Assembly (NCBI GenBank): GCA_964423875.1
Contig: CAYRGS010000002.1
Location: 14,062-78,061, forward strand
Origin: an uncultured bacterium
GTDB lineage: Bacteria; UBA8248; JACPRG01; G963555815
Length of the DNA stretch: 64,000 bases
Direction of reading: 5' to 3'
The translations under genes were made by a program, and so were the position numbers. This document shows, piece by piece, positions 53,970-62,664 of this stretch. The number at the start of each line of letters is the position of its first letter. Positions within the stretch are counted from its first letter, which is position 1. Under the pieces are notes generated by a model. That model saw nothing but the letters and a program-made list of their open reading frames with translations. It was not told the origin of the DNA and ran no database searches.

Positions 53970-55016
53970 CTATGGCGCTGGAGTCCCCTTGTACGTATCC
54001 GCTTGGGGAATCATCGGATCCAGGGCCGCCCACGCGCCGCCGTTGGAGGGATCGGACAGCTTCTTCGCCGCCTCGGCGACCTTCTCGGCGGCCGCAAGGA
54101 GGGCGTCTGAATGATTCGGCTTGAGCTCCACCGCGGACACGGCGGCCAGGATCGCGTCGATCTCGGTCACCTTGACCAGCCCGGCCGCCCGCTTCAGGGA
54201 CTCTATTGCGGCCGCCACACGCACCGCCATCCTCTGGGCGTAAACCCCATCGGCGCTGGCCTTGGCCAACCCGCGCAGGTTGTACTCCAGTTTCACCGCT
54301 TGGCCGACGAGAAAGAGAACTCGCTTGACCTCCACCGAGGCCTCGGCGTTCTGCTTTCCTTCCGAGGCGACGAAGTTGTGGAGGACCTCGCCCTGCGACC
54401 ATGCAACGAGCTCGAAATCGCTTCCGGGCGGGTGGCTCCCCACGTTCACCAGCTTCTCATTGGGGACGGTGTGGCACCCCAAACAGCCCGAGGCGAGACG
54501 GTAAATCTCAACGGGCCGGATCATGCCGGCCGCTTTTAATTTCGAGAGCCGCATTTCTCTGTGCTCGGGGGCTTCATTTTTTTTCGCTGTGTTGTCGTTG
54601 TCCCCGAATTCCTGATGAACGTCCACCCATTCAACGGCCGCCCCGTGGCAGGACTCGCAGGAAACGCCCGCAATGGCTTTCGTCCTATTCCCTCTCGGAA
54701 TCGAGGTGTAGTGGCAACCCGCACAAAAGCCCCGTTTGATGAGCCTGACGTTCATCGCCTTGGCGATCTTTCGGCTCACCTTGCGCCGCGGATTTTTCGT
54801 CAAGCTCCGGAACCCTTTGGCGTGCTTTGACTCCTTCCACGCCTTCACCGCAGACTCATGGCACTGGCCACATTTTTTGGGTCCGACCACCTTCTTCGGG
54901 TCCGGAGCGGCAGTGGCTGTCCCCGCCAGTGCGCCGCACACCAGACCCAAGGCGGCGGCGATCCAAAGGCGCCGTGATCCCAAACTCACCAGAAAATATT
55001 TTCCGCTAAACATCAC
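53970..55016 (-). CDS. Tetrahaem c-type cytochrome (periplasmic, c554-like N-terminal part plus helical C-terminal domain)
   Basis: The signal peptide is LWIAAALGLVCGALAGTATAA. The CXXCH motifs are CGQCH, CAGCH, CESCH and CLGCH. Confidence 0.85.
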   Translation of the reverse strand: MMFSGKYFLVSLGSRRLWIAAALGLVCGALAGTATAAPDPKKVVGPKKCGQCHESAVKAWKESKHAKGFRSLTKNPRRKVSRKIAKAMNVRLIKRGFCAGCHYTSIPRGNRTKAIAGVSCESCHGAAVEWVDVHQEFGDNDNTAKKNEAPEHREMRLSKLKAAGMIRPVEIYRLASGCLGCHTVPNEKLVNVGSHPPGSDFELVAWSQGEVLHNFVASEGKQNAEASVEVKRVLFLVGQAVKLEYNLRGLAKASADGVYAQRMAVRVAAAIESLKRAAGLVKVTEIDAILAAVSAVELKPNHSDALLAAAEKVAEAAKKLSDPSNGGAWAALDPMIPQADTYKGTPAP

Positions 55017-55254
55017 TGGTCCCTCTATCGTTTCCGCGGGATATCAAAGCCTGAAACCGGGCATTTTTTGGTATCCATCCTCAAATGTTAAACTGCCCGT
55101 TCCGCAATTTCGGCCCCCGAGGGTGCGCTGTCGGGTCCCCGACCAGCCGTTGAAAGAGCACGAATTATGCCACAAATCCGCGCCCGCGCGCGAGCCGTTT
55201 AGCCCCAGTGCCTCATCAGGCACGCATGCAGGGGAATGTTCAAGAACCAAACGC

Positions 55255-56619
55255 TCACGCCTCCAACGTCAGATCGGCCTTGGGGACGGAAATACAAGTC
55301 AGACAGGATCCTTCCTCAGGAATCGCGCCGGGCTCCTGAAGGTAGTCCACCTCCCCTTCTTTCACAGCCGTAAGACAGGTTCCGCAATTCCCCGCCTGGC
55401 AGCCGGAATTGATGACGACCCCATTGCTGAGGGCGAAGTCCAGGAGGGAGCCGATCGAGGGATCCCAAGGAAGGGTTTTGTCGCTTTTGGCGAACGTGAC
55501 TTCAATCCCAGGCCCAGCTTCCACCTCAGGCTCTCCGGGCGCGGCCCCCTTCTTTTTCACGCTGGCGCGTCCGAAGGACTCGAAATGCACGCTGGCTTCG
55601 GGAACCCCCCATTTTGCGAGCTGCTGCGTGATCGCGTCCATCATGGGACCCGGCCCGCAGATGTAAAAGTCATAGTTGCTCGAGGGAAGCAATTGCTTGA
55701 AGAGATCTACGCCCACCCACCCGGCGTGGCAGTGGTCCCCGCCCTCCACGTCGCCCTCCTCAGGATCGCTGTAACACACGTGGAGGCGGACGTTCTCGTT
55801 CTCGGCCGCGATCCGTTCGAGGTGCTCTTTGAAGATGTACTCCTTCCCGTTTCGCACACCCAAGAACAGCCACGTCTCGCGCCGCGATCCCGACTTGACA
55901 ACGGCGTTCAACATACTCAGAAGCGGGGTGATCCCGATCCCGCCGGCGATCAAGACGATCGGACGGGGTTCGCTCATGTCGAGGTAGAAAATCCCCCTCG
56001 GCGCCTCGACGTCAAGGATATTGCCCTCTTTCAGTAGATCGTGGAAGAAGCCGGAAACCACCCCGGGTGGGGGAGCCTTTTTGATGGTAACGCGGTACTG
56101 GTTGGAGGAATTCGAGCAATCCGACAGCGAATAGCACCGGACCACCTTCTGCTCGGCGCTTTGGCCCTCCCCTTGGAGGTTGAGCGCAAATGTCAGATAC
56201 TGACCCGGTTTAAACGAGGGCAGCGGCTTTTCATCGTGGGGCTTGAGGTAAAAAGAGCAAACTCCTGGGCACTCCGAGACCTTCCGTTGGATCCGGAATT
56301 TCCTGTAGCCGGGCCAGGCGTGGTCACCGCTCGCAACATCGCCGGCGACGCCTTTGGCAATCTCGACCTCGTAGCGGAGCAGCTTGCGCGCGAGCCTTTG
56401 CTGGCCCCTGTCGTGGGCCAGCCGATTCAGCGACGAAAACAAGAGGACCGCAACCTGGATCAGGACCGCCGCAACGATGATGGCGCCCGCGATTTGGATG
56501 ACGTTGAGCGATGGCGTCAAGCCCGCCCTCCCGCCGATGTAATGCCCATAAACGGAATGAAATCGGAACGCGTTCGCGGAAAGAACGAAAGCGCCCAGCT
56601 CGTTGTCCCTCCAGTGCAT
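55255..56619 (-). CDS. Membrane-anchored FNR-like oxidoreductase (FAD/NAD(P)-binding + C-terminal plant-type [2Fe-2S] ferredoxin)
   Basis: The TM segment is IAGAIIVAAVLIQVAVLLF. RCYSLS is the RxYS FAD motif, GGIGITP is the NAD(P) motif, and CQAGNCGTCLTAV..CLTC is the 2Fe-2S motif. Confidence 0.8.
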   Translation of the reverse strand: MHWRDNELGAFVLSANAFRFHSVYGHYIGGRAGLTPSLNVIQIAGAIIVAAVLIQVAVLLFSSLNRLAHDRGQQRLARKLLRYEVEIAKGVAGDVASGDHAWPGYRKFRIQRKVSECPGVCSFYLKPHDEKPLPSFKPGQYLTFALNLQGEGQSAEQKVVRCYSLSDCSNSSNQYRVTIKKAPPPGVVSGFFHDLLKEGNILDVEAPRGIFYLDMSEPRPIVLIAGGIGITPLLSMLNAVVKSGSRRETWLFLGVRNGKEYIFKEHLERIAAENENVRLHVCYSDPEEGDVEGGDHCHAGWVGVDLFKQLLPSSNYDFYICGPGPMMDAITQQLAKWGVPEASVHFESFGRASVKKKGAAPGEPEVEAGPGIEVTFAKSDKTLPWDPSIGSLLDFALSNGVVINSGCQAGNCGTCLTAVKEGEVDYLQEPGAIPEEGSCLTCISVPKADLTLEA

Positions 56620-57065
56620 CTTATATTTGTTTCTTTCTGAATACCATCAGAGATTTACAGCGGAACCGACGGCCGGGAGGGGGGAAGGGGCGGATTTCGG
56701 GTTTTTTCCACCATGACTCAGTGTTCTGTGATTCACATTCAGGCCGAACCCCCGCCAGTGATTGCGTTTGAACCTAGTCATCGGGAGGAAAATGGTCCGC
56801 AGGGAGAACAAAAGTTCCGCGTAGGTTGTCGATTCTTGAGTATATCCCCCGCCCGCGGCCCAGGCGGGAGGCGCGGAAAGCGCGTGATGTCCCAGAGAAA
56901 ACCGGCCACCAACACGGCCAAACGCGGAGGACAGCCCAACGCCTCCGGTGCGGATTCGAAATTGCATAATTCACCAGATGCATTACAATACACAAGAGGA
57001 AGACAACCGGCTGGAGGCCCGCACCCCAATCCAACATCCGGGCTTCCGGCCGCAGGGAGGTGAGA

Positions 57066-58928
57066 ATGCCACAAAAACGCTCGGTCGGAATCAGAGACAT
57101 ACTCGGCGTCGCGGCGGCGCTGGGGGTTTCATCCTTCCTGATCGCGACACCCGCGCGGGCCGCCTCCCCCACCGCGGAAAAACCGGCCAAGCCGAAGGTG
57201 GAAAAACCCCTCCAAGGTCCGCGCCTGGCGCAGGGAGTCAAACCGGCAAAGTCAAACGGTGCGGAGACGGACGCCCAGGCCGCCCACGCGGCCCTCTTTG
57301 CCGAAAGCCGGTATCCCTCGGCGGCGACGTGCGGGTCCTGCCATCCGCAACACTACAAAGAGTGGTCGGTCTCACAGCATTCATATTCTCAACTGAGTCC
57401 GATGTACATGGCTATCAACAACTTTCTCAATTCAGTGACCAGCGGGACCATGGGAGACTTCTGCCTACGCTGCCACAGCCAGGTCGGCGCGAACCTCGGC
57501 GAATCGTCATTCATCTCCAACCTCGAGCGGCATCCTACCTCCCGGGAAGGCATCACCTGCGTGGTTTGCCACCGGACCAACAAGGTATACAACAAGGTCA
57601 GCGGACGCCTCGCCCTGGTTGAGGGGAACCTCCTTCAACCCGTCTATGGCCCCACCGGCAACAAAGAGCTCGCCCGTGTTTTGAAAGAGGGGCGGTTCGA
57701 AACGAAGGATATCAAGAAACCGGGTCGGAAAATCCACGAAAAGGTGGTGAAATTTTCTGCGCTCACCAGCTCGACTTTCTGCGGCACCTGCCACGACGTC
57801 ACCCTGTTCAACGGGTTTCGGTTGGAGGAGGCCTTCAGCGAATACAGGGTCTCACCGGCCGCCGGGCGCGGCGTCTCCTGTCAGGACTGCCACATGGGCA
57901 AGGTCCAAGGGGTCAACGCGGGCTACAACCGCGGACCCGGCGCGGTTGTCGACGGCAAACCGACCCGGACGCGGAAGATCACCAACCACACGTTCGCCGG
58001 GCCGGACTACTCGATCATCCATCCGGGGATCTTTCCGCACAACACCGAGGCGCAGCAAATGGCCACGCTCCGGGAATGGCTCAAATTCGATTACAAGGCG
58101 GGCTGGGGAACGGACAAGTTCGAGGACGACGTTGGTGACGACGACAAGTTCCCGGAGCGGTGGGAGTCGGTCGACGACCGTTACGAAGCGCGTGAAATCC
58201 TCGACGAACAATTCAAGCACCTCGAATGGGCGCGGGAAAAGCGGTTGGAGCTGCTACGCAACGGATACCATCTCGGCGCCATCGAGACCCTGAGCGCGGA
58301 TCGGGAAGGCATCGGCTTCCGGGTAAAGGTGAAAAACGCCACCGACGGCCACAACGCGCCGACCGGCTTCACCGGCGAGCGGTTGGTGTGGCTCCAAGTA
58401 ACGGTCACGGACCGCACGGGGGCCGCAATTTTCCGATCGGGAGATCTGGACCCCAACGGCGACCTGCGCGACGTCGAATCATCTTACGTCCACAACGGTG
58501 AGCTGCCACTGGACCGCCAGCTCTTCAACCTCCAGTCGCGCTTCGTGGTCAAGAACATTCGCGGCGGCGAGCGAGAGCGGGTGATCCCCATCCCCTACCC
58601 CATCAGCGCACTGCCTTTCGTCCGGCCGTCCATCCTGTCCCTGATCCTCACGGGCGAGCCGACGACGGAGCGCAACCACCGAAAAGGCATTGAGCCCCTA
58701 GGACACCGGTGGGCGGAATACCGGATCCCGGGCAAGGCCCTCACTGGCAAAGCCCCCTATCAAGCCAACGTCAAGCTGATGGCCGCCATGATACCAATCA
58801 ATCTGGTTGCGGCCGTTCAAAGCGTGGGTTTCGATTTCAACATGAGCGCCCGCGCCGTCGGCGACGCAGTGGTGGCTGGGCACGAAGTCATCTGGGAAAA
58901 AAATGTCACCTTTAAGATCGGTCCTTAG
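57066..58928 (+). CDS. Pentahaem c-type cytochrome with large C-terminal non-haem domain
   Basis: The signal peptide is VAAALGVSSFLIATPARAA. The CXXCH motifs are CGSCH, CLRCH, CVVCH, CGTCH and CQDCH. The C-terminal block is KNATDGHNAPTGFTGERLVWLQVTVTD. I prefer the ATG at 57066 after GGGAGG to the GTG at 57060. Confidence 0.85.
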   Translation: MPQKRSVGIRDILGVAAALGVSSFLIATPARAASPTAEKPAKPKVEKPLQGPRLAQGVKPAKSNGAETDAQAAHAALFAESRYPSAATCGSCHPQHYKEWSVSQHSYSQLSPMYMAINNFLNSVTSGTMGDFCLRCHSQVGANLGESSFISNLERHPTSREGITCVVCHRTNKVYNKVSGRLALVEGNLLQPVYGPTGNKELARVLKEGRFETKDIKKPGRKIHEKVVKFSALTSSTFCGTCHDVTLFNGFRLEEAFSEYRVSPAAGRGVSCQDCHMGKVQGVNAGYNRGPGAVVDGKPTRTRKITNHTFAGPDYSIIHPGIFPHNTEAQQMATLREWLKFDYKAGWGTDKFEDDVGDDDKFPERWESVDDRYEAREILDEQFKHLEWAREKRLELLRNGYHLGAIETLSADREGIGFRVKVKNATDGHNAPTGFTGERLVWLQVTVTDRTGAAIFRSGDLDPNGDLRDVESSYVHNGELPLDRQLFNLQSRFVVKNIRGGERERVIPIPYPISALPFVRPSILSLILTGEPTTERNHRKGIEPLGHRWAEYRIPGKALTGKAPYQANVKLMAAMIPINLVAAVQSVGFDFNMSARAVGDAVVAGHEVIWEKNVTFKIGP

Positions 58929-59023
58929 TCTCATATCGGTGATTCGCCGCGCTTGATGGCGCAAGCCCGTGTCTGATATACAACCGAGGTAGATGTTCAG
59001 GTCCGCAAGGGAGACTTCCGTGT

Positions 59024-60442
59024 ATGCGCCATTCGCCTAGACGCTTGCTTGGGCCGTTTCTTTCGGCGACGCGCGACGTCGCCCGCCTTGCGCTCGTCCT
59101 CCTTCTATTCGGTGCACTGTCGGCTTGCGACAGTCTGTACCCGTTGGGGGAGAAATCGAAGGTCAGTCGGCTTTCCGACAAACCCACGCGGTTCCTGACA
59201 AAAGGAGACATCCCGGACCGCCCCCCCCTCATCCTAGAGTTGGGCGATCCCTTCCTGGCCCCGGGCAATCTGGGCGCCGGCTTCGAGCTGCCGACAGGCG
59301 CCGTGTGGCAACCGAGGCTCTGGGTATTCGGGACTCTTCGGACCGCCCTTCAGACATTCGACAACGGCGTCACCCCCCCCACCCCGGAATGGGCGAACCG
59401 TTTTGACCTGTTCGCCAACCTCCAACTGACGGGAACCGAAAAAATCATCCTCGGCATCCGTCCCCTGGACAAAAACCGATTTAACGCCTTTTCCGGCTAC
59501 GCCATTGAAGAGGACCGCGTCAAAAACGAGCTCAACGCGAACATCCGCACCTTCTTCTTTGAGGGTGACTTCGGCAGCCTGTTTCCCAATCTCGACAAGC
59601 AGGGATTCATCCCCATCGACCTCGGCTTTTCGCTTGGCCGCCAGCCCCTCCTATTCCAGGACGGCATTCTGATCAACGACACCGTCGACTCGCTGGGACT
59701 CGTCCGCAACAACGTTCGCCTTCCCGGCGTGTCGAACCTGCGCATATCCGGCGTTTATGGATGGGACGAGCTCGACAGCCGCAACGACCGCCAGGCCTAT
59801 ATGTTGGGGATGTTCCTCGCGGCGGACATGCCGATCAGCACGGTGGAGCTCGACGCCATCTACGTCGGCGAGAACCGGCCCGAGGGGGGCTCTTTCCATG
59901 CCGGCGTCGCCACGACCCAGAGAATCGGGCACATCAGCACCACGTTTCGGGTCCTCGGCTCTTATTCCGAGGCTGAGGACAACGCCCGCGTCGCCGACGG
60001 TGTCCTGTTGACTTCCGAGGTGTCGTGGACGCCGCAATCCTCGGACGACATCGTCTACATCAACTCCTTTTTGGCGATCGACAACTTCACGCAGGCGGGA
60101 CGGGAGCCGATTGTCGGAGGTCCCTTGGCGGCGCTCGGAATTCTCTTCGCCTCGCCGAACCTCGGAAACCATCTGTCCGAGCTCAGCGGCCGCGCCAACG
60201 ACATCGTGGGCGGCGCAATCGGGTACCAGGCATTCTGGGACAACCACCGCCGCAACCTGGTCTTGGAGCTAGCGGGTCGGGTGGACACAAGCGGCGTCGG
60301 CCCCAGCGACTACGCCTTGGGCTTTCAATTCCAGCAGGCGTTTTTCCGGCGGATCCTTCTCCAGGTCGACAGCTTCTACGCCGTGCAGGAAGATCGGGAC
60401 GACGCCTACGGGGCCCGCACGGAACTCCTCGTCCAGTTTTAA
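59024..60442 (+). CDS. Putative outer-membrane beta-barrel lipoprotein
   Basis: The lipobox is LFGALSAC. The sequence shows alternating amphipathic strands and ends ..ARTELLVQF with a C-terminal Phe. No family name recognised. Confidence 0.6.
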   Translation: MRHSPRRLLGPFLSATRDVARLALVLLLFGALSACDSLYPLGEKSKVSRLSDKPTRFLTKGDIPDRPPLILELGDPFLAPGNLGAGFELPTGAVWQPRLWVFGTLRTALQTFDNGVTPPTPEWANRFDLFANLQLTGTEKIILGIRPLDKNRFNAFSGYAIEEDRVKNELNANIRTFFFEGDFGSLFPNLDKQGFIPIDLGFSLGRQPLLFQDGILINDTVDSLGLVRNNVRLPGVSNLRISGVYGWDELDSRNDRQAYMLGMFLAADMPISTVELDAIYVGENRPEGGSFHAGVATTQRIGHISTTFRVLGSYSEAEDNARVADGVLLTSEVSWTPQSSDDIVYINSFLAIDNFTQAGREPIVGGPLAALGILFASPNLGNHLSELSGRANDIVGGAIGYQAFWDNHRRNLVLELAGRVDTSGVGPSDYALGFQFQQAFFRRILLQVDSFYAVQEDRDDAYGARTELLVQF

Positions 60443-60573
60443 CAGCGCGGCTCCCGCCCTCGAACTTTTCTCCCGGCCCCGCGCCCGAATCTCATTCCCA
60501 TTCCACGCAAGTGATTTTTCACGGAGGCGGGAGCGGTCCGGCCGTCGGAAAGCCCCCCCCCGGTCTCCAACCG

Positions 60574-60946
60574 TCACCCCTGACCATCCCATTGGGCGAT
60601 GCGCGCACCGTTTCGGATGAAGGGCGCAAAGACCCCGATCAGGGATGAAGGCCATTCCAGTTCGGCGCAGATCGCGAACATGTGCTCGACCCACGCATCT
60701 CTTTGTGCGTCGCTGATTTGAAGGGGGTGGTGGGCGCTGATCAGGGAGATGATGCCGCGTGTACTCCCGCGGGCCGCCGAGGACCTCGATCAAGAAGAGC
60801 GCGATGCGCCCGGCATGGTCCTCCTCCGGGTCCCGGAACAACGGACGCAGAAGCGGGTCCGCGAGGAAGGGATCGTCGAACTTCCCGGCCAGCCGGTCCT
60901 TCTCCCCGCCGTCCAATTCAAAGAGGCTTTCCGCCACGGGAGACAT
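60574..60946 (-). pseudogene. Group II truncated haemoglobin (trHbO-like) with one frameshift
   Basis: Frame 1 reads MSPVAESLFELDGGEKDRLAGKFDDPFLADPLLRPLFRDPEEDHAGRIALFLIEVLGGPREYT. The continuation GIISLISAHHPLQISDAQRDAWVEHMFAICAELEW..GARIAQWDGQG* lies in another frame, and the switch is near 60757-60765. The pattern GGP..Y...G....L...H.P..I....RDAW matches trHbO. Confidence 0.6.
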
Positions 60947-61010
60947 CCAACTCAGTTAGGTTCAAGGGGGCCTGAGCCAATTTGAAACCCCAAACAAAGC
61001 GCCTTAACGG

Positions 61011-61484
61011 CTAGTGCGACCCGGAGACCGACAACCCGCGCTTTTCGAAATACTGCTGATGATAATCCTCCGCCTGGTAATACACAGAAGCGGTCGTGAT
61101 CTCCGTCATGATGGGCCTGGAAAACCGGTCGGAGTTCTCGGCTCTCTCCTTCGACGCCCGGGCCGCGGTTTCCTGTTCCGGGCTGTGGAAGAAAGCGGCC
61201 GAGCGATATTGCGTGCCCACGTCCGGACCCTGCCGATTCAGCGTGGTCGGGTCGTGGTTGGCCCAGAACACCTCCAGAAGCTCGTCATACGAGACCACAG
61301 AAGGGTCGAACTTCACTTCGACGACCTCAGCGTGCCCCGTCCGTCCCGTGCACACGTCTTCATAGGTCGGGTTCTCGAGCGTCCCGCCGCTGTATCCGAC
61401 GCTCGTCGACGTCACTCCCCGGACCTGCCGGAACGCCACCTCGACGCCCCAGAAACATCCCGCTCCAAACGTGGCCTTCTCCAT
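61011..61484 (-). CDS. msrA: Peptide-methionine (S)-S-oxide reductase
   Basis: [34 protein letters not shown] contains the GCFWG active-site motif. Confidence 0.9.
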   Translation of the reverse strand: MEKATFGAGCFWGVEVAFRQVRGVTSTSVGYSGGTLENPTYEDVCTGRTGHAEVVEVKFDPSVVSYDELLEVFWANHDPTTLNRQGPDVGTQYRSAAFFHSPEQETAARASKERAENSDRFSRPIMTEITTASVYYQAEDYHQQYFEKRGLSVSGSH

Positions 61485-61563
61485 GGACCGCTCCCTTCGT
61501 TTTGGAATCTCCGGCGAAGATGACCCGCCGATCTTCTCGGAGGTAATCCGAGCCGTCCGCGGC

Positions 61564-62013
61564 TCACCGAGCCACCGCCCCGTAATCCCATGTGTACACG
61601 TTCACGGGGTCGAGACGGACCACCCGCGTCTTCCCGGCGCTAAGAATGCGGACATAAGGATGATCTTCCGACCCGCAGTGCCGATGCGCAAAGGCAATCT
61701 GATAGGTGCGCAGGACATCGGGATCTTCCACAACCTCGGCGCGCCCCTGAATCAGGACGCCCTGATACTCATCGAACCTTTCACCGGAATCCACCGTAAA
61801 GGAGATTTGGGGGTTGCCCCGGATATTGCCGATCTTTTTTCGGGGAACCCGCGTCGAGAAATGCACTCTCCCTTTCAGGAGGACGTACCACATGGGCACA
61901 ACGTGGGGGAATCCGTCCGGGTCAATCGTTCCGAGGCGGCCCGTTGTCCGTTCGGCGAGGAAGACCTGGATCTCTTCCTCGCTCCAAGTATTGTAGACCA
62001 GAGAATCGCGCAT
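61564..62013 (-). CDS. Pyridoxamine 5'-phosphate oxidase-like (split-barrel flavin/deazaflavin-binding) protein
   Basis: [52 protein letters not shown] is typical of the PPOX-class fold. Confidence 0.75.
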   Translation of the reverse strand: MRDSLVYNTWSEEEIQVFLAERTTGRLGTIDPDGFPHVVPMWYVLLKGRVHFSTRVPRKKIGNIRGNPQISFTVDSGERFDEYQGVLIQGRAEVVEDPDVLRTYQIAFAHRHCGSEDHPYVRILSAGKTRVVRLDPVNVYTWDYGAVAR

Positions 62014-62152
62014 TCAATCTTCCTCCGAAGACCCATCTCGAAAACCCGCACCGCGCGACCCTTCGCCCGACCGGGAACCGTGGTCCAGCCGACCCCTTGT
62101 CTCGAACCGGACATTTCTCTCACCAAGATATTGCGCTTTTTGCCGGGGCGCT

Positions 62153-62539
62153 TCAAGGCAACGCGGCGACGGCCTCGATCTCCACGCACAGGTCTGGCGG
62201 AATCAGCCGCTTGACGGCGAAGGCGGAGCTGGCCGGGGGGTCCTTTGGAAAGTATTCCGCCCGTACGGCGTTCATGTCCGCGTAGTCATCCGGGTCGGTC
62301 AGGAACACGGTCACCTTGACGACGTTCTCCAGCGATCCCCCCGCCGCCTCCAGAACGGCCTTGATGTTCTCGAACGCTTGCCGGGTCTGGGCCGTCACGC
62401 TTCCGTCGCCAGCCATCTTTCCCTGTGAATCCAAGCCCACGGTCCCGGAGACGAAGACGAGGTTGCCGGTTTTGACGCCCAAAGAGTATGGGCCGACGGG
62501 GGCCGGCGCCCGGTCCGTCGTGATGACCTCCTTGTCCAA
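62153..62539 (-). CDS. ridA: RidA-family (YjgF/L-PSP) reactive-intermediate deaminase
   Basis: ITTDRAPAPVGPYSLGVKTGNLVFVSGTVGLD..ENVVKVTVFLTDPDDYADMNAVRAEYF..VEIEAVA. A TTG start at 62539 after GAGGAGA is preferred over the start of the long ORF at 62611. Confidence 0.8.
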   Translation of the reverse strand: MDKEVITTDRAPAPVGPYSLGVKTGNLVFVSGTVGLDSQGKMAGDGSVTAQTRQAFENIKAVLEAAGGSLENVVKVTVFLTDPDDYADMNAVRAEYFPKDPPASSAFAVKRLIPPDLCVEIEAVAALP

Positions 62540-62664
62540 TTTGAAGCTCTCCTCATTGAAAGCGAATCGAAATTCCAATCGTCCGGCTGCCCTGACACGG
62601 GCGCCCCTCATCTTCGATCAACACGGCGGATGGATCTCGGCCTGGACCGATCCCGCATCGCGCC

